From Eledone cirrhosa (taxonomy: Eukaryota): a DNA stretch of 64,000 nucleotides. A model generated the notes under the pieces. The model was not told the DNA's origin. It made no database searches and saw only the letters and a program-made list of their open reading frames with translations. Location of the stretch: the NCBI GenBank assembly GCA_964016885.1, contig OZ024743.1, positions 211,172,001-211,236,000 on the forward strand, in the 5' to 3' direction. Made by a program: the position numbers and the translations under genes. Below are positions 1 through 9,800 of the stretch, one piece after another; positions within the stretch are counted from its first letter, which is position 1, and each line of letters begins with the position of its first letter.

Positions 1-2
1 CA

Positions 3-176
3 CGCCCTGCAGATAAAATGGCAAAGGTATTACTGCAAGGAATGGCCAGAGACACATGCTACAACAGCCACCCTACCTCATGAGGCTGCTTCATCAAGTA
101 GGCTGCCATCTTTCTAACTTTACGGAGGAAATCATCAGTATGGGGACCAAGAATGCCAGAGATTTAATGGAGAAAG
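3..176 (+). mobile_element. Possible highly decayed LINE 3' fragment
   Basis: Frame 3 reads RPADKMAKVLLQGMARDTCYNSHPTS*, loosely like RTE R..D...K.ILQG...G.R.RGRP..W. All three + frames contain stops. Weak call. Confidence 0.3.
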
Positions 177-282
177 GTTTCTTTTAACTTTTAGTTTAGC
201 AAACTGTGATAAACAGAGTTATCTATCCTACCTTCTGTGGTAAAGTTCTGGTTTTAGACTTATGACTATATGAAAAGGGACA

Positions 283-445
283 CAACATGGCCAAATGGTG
301 AAGAAGTTCGCTTGGCAATCATAGGACCCTGGGTTCAATCCCACTGTATGATATCTTGGACAAGTGTCATTTACCATAACCTCAAGTTGACCCATGATTT
401 TTTTTAGTGAAACTGGGGAGATGGAAACAGCTTAGAAACCCGTCA
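283..445 (+). mobile_element. tRNA-derived SINE, decayed (may extend to about 600)
   Basis: Pol III A-box-like TGGCCAAATGG (288-298) and B-box GGTTCAATCCC (332-342) at tRNA-like spacing. The following body (cttggacaagtgtc...ggaaac...aaacccgtc) resembles octopus SINEs from memory. Confidence 0.7.
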
Positions 446-611
446 GACTGACTGTACCAGAAGCATGCTGAATTTACATGAGAATTATTTGAAGAGTACA
501 CGTATCTGTGGAAATGCTGAGCACATTGATTTCATGAGAAGGCTGTTTAGTTCATAGAACAACTGGAAAACTCATCGTTAAGACAGACGGAGGTCTATTC
601 CAATCTATATA

Positions 612-881
612 TACTCTCGGGTCCCAAATAATAGGGAGTTTGGAATAAGTGGGGATGGGTGTTGGAAAATCAGTAATTTTTCTAGGTTGTCTCCGGTGAT
701 TTTTTTAAAAACTAGAATTAGCCATTTAGTTTACATATTGAGACTCCAACCCATCCTATTTATTTTATAACATATAGGATTTCGAATAATGTACTTTTTT
801 GTCATGTATAATGTTTTTTAATGTTAGATTAACAAAATTTAATAAGCGAGGGGGGGGGGGGGGGTTCTAGACCCAAGAGTA
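612..881. mobile_element. MITE / non-autonomous Tc1-mariner-type DNA transposon
   Basis: Inverted termini TActctcgggtc (612-623) and gacccaagagTA (870-881) match at 11/12 positions, including a TA dinucleotide at both ends (putative TSD). 270 bp, non-coding, with a G15 run at 850-864. Confidence 0.6.
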
Positions 882-894
882 GTCTGCTTTTGTG

Positions 895-1012
895 GAGAAA
901 GAGAAACTATTTGTTGTGAACAATCCTGACATTTTTACATTATTATACATGCATCTTTGATGAGTTGTAGTGCACCTGAGCACTGTACACAATAATTTTC
1001 ATTATTATTATC
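895..1012 (+). mobile_element. Probable retroposon 3' end with (TTA)n tail
   Basis: The sequence gagttgtagtgcacctgagcactgtacacaataattttc is followed by attattatta. Its resemblance to a common octopus interspersed repeat is from recall only. Confidence 0.35.
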
Positions 1013-1087
1013 ATAAATATTTCATTTTTTGTTTTTAAACAATTCTCAGAGTAAGAAGTAATTCTATATCTAATTCTTTCTTGTCAG

Positions 1088-1253
1088 AATTACCAACTTT
1101 GAGAAGAAAGCAGACATTTTTGTATTCCTGATAGTTGCTGATACAAATGGTTTGAACCATTGTTATACAAACAATGGTTATTTTCATCCCAGTAGGAGTA
1201 TGCCGAAACCTCAAGGCATCAATTCTTTCCCTTCAATATTCAAGTACCCTGCT
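1088..1253 (+). CDS. KICS2: Internal coding exon of KICSTOR subunit 2 (C12orf66/UPF0536 homolog)
   Basis: Acceptor ttctttcttgtcAG ends at 1087 and donor GTGAGT starts at 1254. Only the frame from 1089 is open: ITNFEKKADIFVFLIVADTNGLNHCYTNNGYFHPSRSMPKPQGINSFPSIFKYPA. This resembles the recalled human KICS2 segment (..SFIRKYDA..GHGYHHP..PKGVDQYPAVVSLP). The exon ends in phase 0, matching the next exon. Confidence 0.88.
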
Positions 1254-1384
1254 GTGAGTTGCTATTTTTATTCATTTATCTGTTCATGGAATTTCTACCT
1301 CTGTTAACTGCAAAGAGATTCTCTCTCCATGTGGAAGGTAGATAATGCCTGCGTGAGAAACGTGATGTTACACGACAGATGCAC

Positions 1385-1436
1385 CATCATCATCATTTAA
1401 CATCCAATTTCCCTGCTAGCAAGGGTTGGATGGGTC
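1385..1436 (-). mobile_element. Short LINE/SINE 3' tail fragment in antisense orientation
   Basis: (CAT)3-4 is followed by ttaacatccaatttccctgctagcaagggttggatgggt, i.e. a retroposon-like end with an (ATG)n tail on the minus strand. Family resemblance is from recall only. Confidence 0.4.
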
Positions 1437-1719
1437 TACATAGACCAAGTCAGTACTGAAATGGAGCTACTGACCTCCCAGGCAAACCAAGGGGTCTGTA
1501 TCTTGCTTACATACGATCATATGTTCTATTGAGGAAATCAACAGTGTGAAAGTCATGAAAGGGTTAATATGATTTGTTGAGTTCTAATCTATTCCCAACA
1601 ACTGGTTGTTGTTAGGAGACATTTGCCTTATACAAAACATCTCAACAAAGTTTTCAAATGGATTTCTTTCACATCATTTATAAAGTTCAGTTTAATTTAT
1701 ATTGATAATTTAATGAGCA

Positions 1720-2067
1720 ATGAACACATTTTACACAAATTGTCTGCACATCATCTGTGGCATAACATATCAAGATCGCATAACAAATGCAGAAATTTTC
1801 ACATGCACAGAGCAGTCACATCTCTATGCTCAGGTATGAAACCGGCGATTGATATAGATTGGTCATGAAATTCGGCATCCAATTATTAACTTCCATGCTG
1901 AGTGTCTTCTGCTACATCAACTATCAGGAGGTAGCCACAAGAGACAAAGATTGAAGACCACATTCCAAAGGATGGTCACAAAAGAACTGAATGCAAAAGT
2001 CACTGCAATTCAGGAAAAAGCCAATGATAGAAACACTTGGGCAGCTCTTATTTTATCTCCCTCGTGA
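1720..2067 (+). mobile_element. Decayed RTE-clade LINE 3' ORF fragment (intronic)
   Basis: One frame with two internal stops reads MNTFYTNCLHIICGITYQDRITNAEIFTCTEQSHLYAQV*NRRLI*IGHEIRH...GGSHKRQRLKTTFQRMVTKEL..IQEKANDRNTWAALI. This follows the RTE C-terminal motif order CLRRI.GI.WQDRITN.EV / RRLRWIGH / GKRKRGRPKTTW / AQDR..W. Confidence 0.8.
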
Positions 2068-2164
2068 CATTATTTTGATATGGTTTATGTATGAGCACAT
2101 AATTCTCTGTGTTCTATTATTTCATTTGAATTAATAAATATTGATTGATCGAATTTCTATTCAG

Positions 2165-2269
2165 GATCGCAATGTTCACAAACACTGGCCGAATATTTTG
2201 ATGTTAATCAACAAAAAGAAGTCACATGAGCTACCATCTCAGGAAAGAGTCATATATTTCTATGACAAA
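2165..2269 (+). CDS. KICS2: Internal coding exon of KICS2 homolog
   Basis: Acceptor atttctattcAG and donor GTAAGA at 2270; 105 bp, phase 0/0. Translation DRNVHKHWPNILMLINKKKSHELPSQERVIYFYDK matches the recalled KICS2 motif DRPVMHWPNVIMIM..EKVVHFYDDK. Confidence 0.92.
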
Positions 2270-2317
2270 GTAAGAACAATTTTATTTTTTTCTATTTTTT
2301 TTTAATGTTATTATTGT

Positions 2318-2428
2318 TCTGCTTTTGTAAACCCTTCTAGGGTCAATAAAATAAAATACCAGTAATGCACTGGGGTCGATTTAATTGACTTTTCCCTCTG
2401 CAAATATTGTTGGCCTTGTGCTGAAATC
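2318..2428 (+). mobile_element. SINE 3' half fragment
   Basis: The sequence agggtcaataaaataaaataccagtaatgcactggggtcgatttaattgact resembles the recalled octopus SINE core ggggtcgataaa..gtaccagt..gcactggggtcgat.taatcgact. Confidence 0.6.
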
Positions 2429-2737
2429 ATTATTAAATCACTCCAAATTCTTGATTATTTTCAAAGTTATTTGAAAATCCTAAGCAGTGTGTTTTTCATT
2501 TAGTGATGTTTTGATGCTAAATTAGTCAGAACCCATTCTTAACCAGGAATCAAATCCTATCTCAGTTTGTCAAGATTAGCACTGGTCTATATTGCTCAGC
2601 AGAATCTGTATTACATGTAACTTTTTGTGAGTCTCTCCTTTGTGTCAATGTAAAGCAAAGATCTTCTTCATTAAGAATGGCTTTGAAAATTGTGGATTGT
2701 GGGAAGACTTTGTCAGGAATGTTTGACTGTAGTTATA

Positions 2738-2752
2738 ATGATGATGATGATG
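2738..2752. repeat. (ATG)5 microsatellite
   Basis: atgatgatgatgatg; it produces the poly-Asp and poly-His runs in the two supplied ORFs here. Confidence 0.85.
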
Positions 2753-2809
2753 TTGCTCAGTCAAGTGATATGACCATGTCATCAACACAGAGGCTCTGGG
2801 TGCATTTAA

Positions 2810-3085
2810 CCAAGAAAAAGGCTGAAGAAGCTTGGTTTTTTTTTTATCACATCCCTTGCATGCTGGGTAGCCAGACAGCTGGCTGATCAAGACAGAGATG
2901 CTCGGAACCATAGACAGCAAAAACAAGCTTTGGACTGCATGACTGTGGCAGGACAACATCACAGATGGTTGTAGCACAACCCTGGTAACTGCCCTCATAC
3001 ATACATAGGATCAGTTACAATGGAAAAAGAGGGAGTGCAAAGTTGACACCAACTAACAGGATGATACCCAGGGAGATTAAGAAGA
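2810..3085 (+). mobile_element. Second decayed RTE-clade LINE 3' fragment (may extend upstream to about 2660)
   Basis: Translation with stops and frameshifts: RKRLKKLGFF..HIPCM.. then LIKTEMLGTIDSKNKLWTA*LWQDNITDGCSTTLVTALIHT*DQLQWKK. This fits the RTE pattern KL.FFGHI.RM..LIKTVMLG.VDGK.KRGRP.R.W.DNITDWC..L..A...AQDR..W and ends in a taagaaga tail. Confidence 0.65.
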
Positions 3086-3453
3086 TATTTCTCAGTCAGC
3101 CTATATACAGAATAGTAACCAACATATTAATATGTCAACTCTATTTAGTCTAAATTATATAATTTATTAGAAATGTTGCTGTCCCAACACAAATAACCAT
3201 AATAATAGTTGAGACAAAACAGGGAAAGTACCCCTGGTGAAAGAATGTGGTTAGTGAACCTTCAAGGAATTGAATCTTGTATCACTCAAGAGATGCTGTG
3301 GCTGAATTCCCTAGACACATCTGTCTACTTTTTTCCATCTCCAGCCTGATTTTCTCAACTATTATTATGGGGACGACTACATTTTAAAATTTCCAAATGT
3401 TTATTAAGTCAACTGGTTGATAATATCCTTTTTATGTTTAATTTTATTTTTAG

Positions 3454-3621
3454 AAAGCCCACAGTACATATTTTATAACTCTTGTGGAATTTCGTATTTC
3501 TGTTGTTGTCATAACTGATGGAAAGAGGTCAGAACGAGATTCACCTATCAGTAATTTTCTGACTGAATTCACCACACAACTCAGATGTAACAAACATTTT
3601 GCTTCACTAAAACCTGGTTAA
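3454..3621 (+). CDS. KICS2: Terminal coding exon of KICS2 homolog (stop TAA 3619-3621)
   Basis: T-rich acceptor attttatttttAG. Translation KAHSTYFITLVEFRISVVVITDGKRSERDSPISNFLTEFHTQLRCNKHFASLKPG* matches the recalled KICS2 C-terminus (QSTYFLT..KKSERDS..FASLKPG). Confidence 0.92.
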   Translation, partial: KAHSTYFITLVEFRISVVVITDGKRSERDSPISNFLTEFTTQLRCNKHFASLKPG

Positions 3622-3772
3622 ACACTGTTACTACTGCTAAATGCTGTCGATTAATTACTATTCAATCTTTTGGAAACACTTTAAAGTGAGAAACACCAAT
3701 CATTAATTTTTGTTTGCAAAATATTTTTTTTAATTTTTTTGTAAAATATAAAAGACTCTGTGATAATTAAAA

Positions 3773-3817
3773 AATAAAAACAATCAATAAAACATTGAAT
3801 AATTTCATGTTTGTTTT
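3773..3817 (+). promoter_or_regulatory. Probable polyadenylation signals of KICS2
   Basis: AATAAA at 3773-3778 and 3786-3791, followed by a GT/T-rich tract (catgtttgtttt, about 3806-3817), 150-200 bp after the stop codon. Confidence 0.6.
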
Positions 3818-3839
3818 AATAATATTTTTCAACTGTTTT

Positions 3840-6800
3840 TGAATTGAGAGAACACAGCTGATACTACAGACATGTGGTTAGAATGTCTGAGGAAAGAATC
3901 ACTGGAGAGCTGTTCCAGGTAGAGCCACTAATTCACCGAATTGGTAGATCACAGCTCTGATACTACAGACATGTGGTTAGAATGTCTGAGGAAAGAATCA
4001 CTAGAGAGCTGTTCCAGGTAGAGCCACTAATTCACTGAATTGAGAGATCACAACTCTGATACTACAGACATGTGGTTAGAATGTCTGAGGAAAGAATCAC
4101 TAGAGAGCTGTTCCAGGTAGAGCCACTAATTCACTAAATTGAGAGATCACAGCTCTGATATTACAGACATGTGGTTAGGATGTCTCAGGAAAGAATCACT
4201 GGAGAGCTGTTACAGGTAGAGCCATTAATTCACTAAATTGAGAGATCACAGCTCTGATACTACAGACATGTGGTTAGAATGTCTGAGGAAAGAATCACTA
4301 GAGAGCTGTTCCAGGTAGAGCCGCTAATTCACCGAATTGAGAGATCATAGCTCTGATACTACAGACATCTGGTTAGAATGTCTGAGGAAAGAATCACTAG
4401 AGAGCTGTTCCAGGTAGAGCCACTAATTCACTGAATTGAGAGATCACAGCTCTGATATTACAGACATGTGGTTAGAATGTCTCAGGAAAGAATCACTACA
4501 GGGCTGTTCCAGGGAGAGCCACTAATTCACTGAATTGAGAGATCATAGCTCTGATACTACAGACATGTGGTTAGAATGTCTGAGGAAAGAATCACTAGAG
4601 AGCTGTTCCAGGTAGAGCCACTAATTCACTGAATTGAGAGATCACCACTCTGATACTACAGACATGTGGTTAGAATGTCTGAGGAAAGAATCACTAGAGA
4701 GCTGTTGCAGGTAGAGCCACTAATTCACTGAATTAAGAGATCACAACTCTGATACTACAGACATGTGGTTAGAATGTCTGAGGAAAGAATCACTAGAGAG
4801 CTGTTCCAGGTAGAGCCACTAATTCACTGAATTGAGAGATCACAGCTCTGATATTACAGACATGTGGTTAGAATGTCTGAGGAAAGAATCACTAGAGAGC
4901 TGTTCCAGGTAGAGCCACTAATTCACTGAATTGAGAGATCACAGCTCTGATATTACAGACATGTGGTTAGAATGTCTCAGGAAAGAATCACTAGAGAGCT
5001 GTTCCAGGTAGAGCCACTAATTCACTGAATTGAGAGATCATAGCTCTGATACTATAGACATGTGGTTAGAATGTCTGAGGAAAGAATCACTGGAGAGCTG
5101 TTCCAGGTAGAGCCACTAATTCACTGAATTGCGAGATCACAGCTCTGATATTACAGACATGGGGTTAGAATGTCTGAGGAAAGAATCACTGGAGAGCTGT
5201 TCCAAGTAGAGCCACTAATTCACTGAATTGAGAGATCACAGCTCTGATATTACAGACATGTGGTTAGAATGTCTGAGGAAAGAATCACTGGAGAGTTGTT
5301 CCAGGTAGAGCAACTAATTCACTGAATTGAGAGATCACAGCTCTGATATTACAGACATGTGGTTAGAATGTCTGAGGAAAGAATCACTAGAGAGCTGTTC
5401 CAGGTAGAGCCACTAATTCACTGAATTGAGAGATCACAGCTCTGATATTACAGACATGTGGTTAGAATGTCTGAGGAAAGAATCACTAGAGAGCTGTTCC
5501 AGGTAGAGCCACTAATTCACTGAATTGAGAGATCACAGCTCTGATATTACAGACATGTGGTTAGAATGTCTCAGGAAAGAATCACTAGAGGGCTGTTCCA
5601 GGGAGAGCCACTAATTCACTGAATTGAGAGATCATAGCTCTGATACTACAGACATGTGGTTAGAATGTCTGAAGAAAGAATCACTAGAGAGCTGTTCCAG
5701 GTAGAGCCACTAATTCACTGAATTGAGAGATCACCACTCTGATACTACAGACATGTGGTTAGAATGTCTGAGGAAAGAATCACTAGAGAGCTGTTGCAGG
5801 TAGAGCCACTAATTCACTGAATTGAGAGATCACAACTCTGATACTACAGACATGTGGTTAGAATGTCTGAGGAAAGAATCACTAGAGAGCTGTTCCAGGT
5901 AGAGCCACTAATTCACTGAATTGAGAGATCACAGCTCTGATATTACAGACATGTGGTTAGAATGTCTGAGGAAAGAATCACTAGAGAGCTGTTCCAGGAA
6001 GAGCCACTAATTCACTGAATTGAGAGATCACAGCTCTGATATTACAGACATGTGGTTAGAATGTCTCAGGAAAGAATCACTAGAGAGCTGTTCCAGGTAG
6101 AGCCACTAATTCACTGAATTGAGAGATCATAGCTCTGATACTATAGACATGTGGTTAGAATGTCTGAGGAAAGAATCACTGGAGAGCTGTTCCAGGTAGA
6201 GCCACTAATTCACTGAATTGCGAGATCACAGCTCTGATATTACAGACATGGGGTTAGAATGTCTGAGGAAAGAATCACTGGAGAGCTGTTCCAAGTAGAG
6301 CCACTAATTCACTGAATTGAGAGATCACAGCTCTGATATTACAGACATGTGGTTAGAATGTCTGAGGAAAGAATCACTAGAGAGCTGTTCCAGGTAGAGC
6401 CACTAATTCACTGAATTGAGAGATCACAGCTCTGATATTACAGACATGTGGTTAGAATGTCTGAGGAAAGAATCACTGGAGAGCTGTTCCAGGTAGAGCA
6501 ACTAATTCACTGAATTGAGAGATCACAGCTCTGATATTACAGACATGTGGTTAGAATGTCTGAGGAAAGAATCACTAGAGAGCTGTTCCAGGTAGAGCCA
6601 CTAATTCACTGAATTGAGAGATCACAGCTCTGATATTACAGACATGTGGTTAGAATGTCTGAGGAAAGAATCACTAGAGAGCTGTTCCAGGTAGAGCCGC
6701 TAATTCACTGAATTGAGAGATCACAGCTCTGATATTACAGACATGTGGTCAGAATGTCTCAGGAAAGAATCACTGGAGAGCTGTTCCAGGTAGAGCCACT

Positions 6801-9800
6801 AATTCACTGAATTGAGAGATCATAGCTCTGATATTACAGACATGTGGTTAGAATGTCTCAGGAAAGAATCACTAGAGAGCTGTTCCAGGTAGAGCCACTA
6901 ATTCACTGAATTGAGAGATCTCAGCTCTGATATTACAGACATGTGGTTAGAATGTCTGAGTAAAGAATCACTGGAGAGCTGTTCCAGGTAGAGCCACTAA
7001 TTCACTGAATTGAGAGATCACAGCTCTGATATTACAGACATGTGGTTGGAATGTCTGAGGAAAGAATCACTAGAGAGCTGTTGCAGGTAGAGCCACTAAT
7101 TCACTGAATTGAGAGATCACAGCTCTGATATTACAGACATGGGATTAGAATGTTTGAGGAAAGAATCACTAGAGAGCTGTTCCAGGTAGAGCCACTAGTT
7201 CACTGAATTGAGAGATCACAGCTCTGATATTACAGACATGTGGTTAGAATGTCTGAGGAAAGAATCACTGGAGAGCTGTTCCAGGTAGAGCCACTAATTC
7301 ACTGAATTGAGAGATTACAGCTCTGATATTACAGACAGGTGGTTAGAATGTCTGAGGAAAGAATCACTAGAGAGCTGTTCCAGGTAGAGCCGCTAATTCA
7401 CTGAATTGAGAGATCATAGCTCTGATACTACAGACATGGGGTTAGAATGTCTGAGGAAAGAATCACTAGAGAGCTGTTCCAGGTAGAGCCGCTAATTCAC
7501 TGAATTGAGAGATCATAGCTCTGATACTACAGACATGTGGTTAGAATGTCTGAGGAAAGAATCACTAGAGAGCTGTTCCAGGTAGAGCCACTAATTCACT
7601 GAATTGAGAGATCACAGCTCTGATATTACAGACATGTGGTTAGAATGTCTGAGGAAAGAATCACTAGAGTGCTGTTCCAGGTAGAGCCGCTAATTCACTG
7701 AATTGAGAGATCATAGCTCTGATATTACAGACATGTGGTTAGAATGTCTGAGGAAAGAATCACTAGAGAGCTGTTCCAGGTAGAGCCGCTAATTCACTGA
7801 ATTGAGAGATCACAGCTCTGATATTACAGACATGTGGTTAGAATGTCTCAGGAAAGAATCACTAGAGAGCTGTTCCAGGTAGAGCCACTAATTCACTGAA
7901 TTGAGAGATCACAGCTCTGATATTACAGACATGCGGTTAGAATGTCTGAGGAAAGAATCACTAGAGAGCTGTTCCAGGTAGAGCCACTAATTCACTGAAT
8001 TGAGAGATCATAGCTCTGATACTATAGACATGTGGTTAGAATGTCTGAGGAAAGAATCACTGGAGAGCTGTTCCAGGTAGAGCCACTAATTCACTGAATT
8101 GCGAGATCACAGCTCTGATATTACAGACATGGGGTTAGAATGTCTGAGGAAAGAATCACTGGAGAGCTATTCCAAGTAGAGCCACTAATTCACTGAATTG
8201 AGAGATCACAGCTCTGATATTACAGACATGTGGTTAGAATGTCTGAGGAAAGAATCACTAGAGAGCTGTTCCAGGTAGAGCCACTAATTCACTGAATTGA
8301 GAGATCACAGCTCTGATATTACAGACATGAGGTTAGAATGTCTGAGGAAAGAATCACAAGAGAGCTGTTCCAGGTAGAGCCACTAATTCACTGAATTGAG
8401 AGATCGCAGCTCTGATATTACAGACATGTGGCTAGAATGTCTGAGGAAAGAATCACTGGAGAGCTGTTCCAGGTAGAGCAACTAATTCACTGAATTGAGA
8501 GATCACAGCTCTGATATTACAGACATGTGGTTAGAATGTCTGAGGAAAGAATCACTAGAGAGCTGTTCCAGGTAGAGCCACTAATTCAATGAATTGAGAG
8601 ATCACAGCTCTGATATTACAGACATGTGGTTAGAATGTCTGAGGAAAGAATCACTAGAGAGCTGTTCCAGGTAGAGCCACTAATTCACTGAATTGAGAGA
8701 TCACAGCTCTGATATTACAGACATGTGGTTAGAATGTCTCAGGAATGAATCACTGGAGAGCTGTTCCAGGTAGAGCCACTAATTCACTGAATTGAGAGAT
8801 CTCAGCTCTGATATTACAGACATGTGGTTAGAATGTCTGAGTAAAGAATCACTGGAGAGCTGTTCCAGGTAGAGCCACTAATTCACTGAATTGAGAGATC
8901 ACAGCTCTGATATTACAGACATGTGGTTGGAATGTCTGAGGAAAGAATCACTAGAGAGCTGTTCCAGGTAGAGCCACTAATTCACTGAATTGAGAGATCA
9001 CAGCTCTGATATTACAGACATGTGGTTAGAATGTCTGAGGAAAGAATCACTAGAGAGCTGTTCCAGGTAGAGCCACTAGTTCACTGAATTGAGAGATCAC
9101 AGCTCTGATATTACAGACACGTGGTTAGAATGTCTGAGGAAAGAATCACTAGAGAGCTGTTCCAGGTAGAGCCGCTAATTCACTGAATTGAGAGATCACA
9201 GCTCTGATATTACAGACATGTGGTTAGAATGTCTGAGGAAAGAATCACTAGCGAACTGTTCCAGGTAGAGCCACTAATTCACTGAATTGAGAGATCACAG
9301 CTCTGATATTACAGACATGTGGTTAGAATGTCTGAGGAAAGAATCACTAGAGAGCTGTTCCAGGTAGAGCCACTAATTCACTGAATTGAGAGATCATAGC
9401 TCTGATACTACAGACATGTGGTTAGAATGTCTCAGGAAAGAATCACTAGAGAGCTGTTCCAGGTAGAGCCACTAATTCACCGAATTGAGAGATCATGGCT
9501 CTGATACTACAGACGTGTGGTTAGAATGTCTGAGGAAAGAATCACTAGAGAGCTGTTCCAGGTAGAGCCACTAATTCACTGAATTGAGAGATCATAGCTC
9601 TGATATTACAGACATGTGGTTAGAATGTCTGAGGAAAGAATCACTAGAGAACTGTTCCAGGTAGAGCCACTAATTTACTGAATTGAGAGATCACAGCTCT
9701 GATAATACAGACATGTGGTTAGAATGTCTGAGGAAAGAGTCACTAGAGAGCTGTTCCAGGCAGAGCCACTAATTTACCGAATTGAGAGATCATAGCTCTG

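Noticed and set aside
1-176. Upstream KICS2 exon ending at AAG|GTTTCT
   Set aside because: All three frames have stops within 1-120, there is no clear acceptor, the open tail's phase does not fit the exon at 1088, and I see no KICS2 similarity.
283-350. tRNA gene
   Set aside because: A and B boxes are present, but there is no intact cloverleaf and the sequence continues into a SINE body.
1623-1868. Supplied 81-aa ORF
   Set aside because: It has a TTG start, lies in an intron, and overlaps the RTE relic in a different frame.
2645-2998. Supplied 117-aa (-) and 69-aa (+) ORFs
   Set aside because: Both are intronic and overlap a decayed LINE. Their poly-H and poly-D runs come from the (ATG)5 microsatellite.
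3841-3921. Alternative frame ELRDHSSDITDMWLECLRKESLESCSR in which several common variants are synonymous
   Set aside because: It is closed by TAG and TAA in the consensus monomer, and there is no room for an intron to remove them. Other common variants are non-synonymous, so this is probably coincidence.
5341-5400. Hammerhead ribozyme satellite (CTGA..stem..GAAA)
   Set aside because: The core before the CAGACAT stem is CUGAUAU, not CUGANGA. The CUGAGGA that does match is not followed by a stem II closing onto GAAA.
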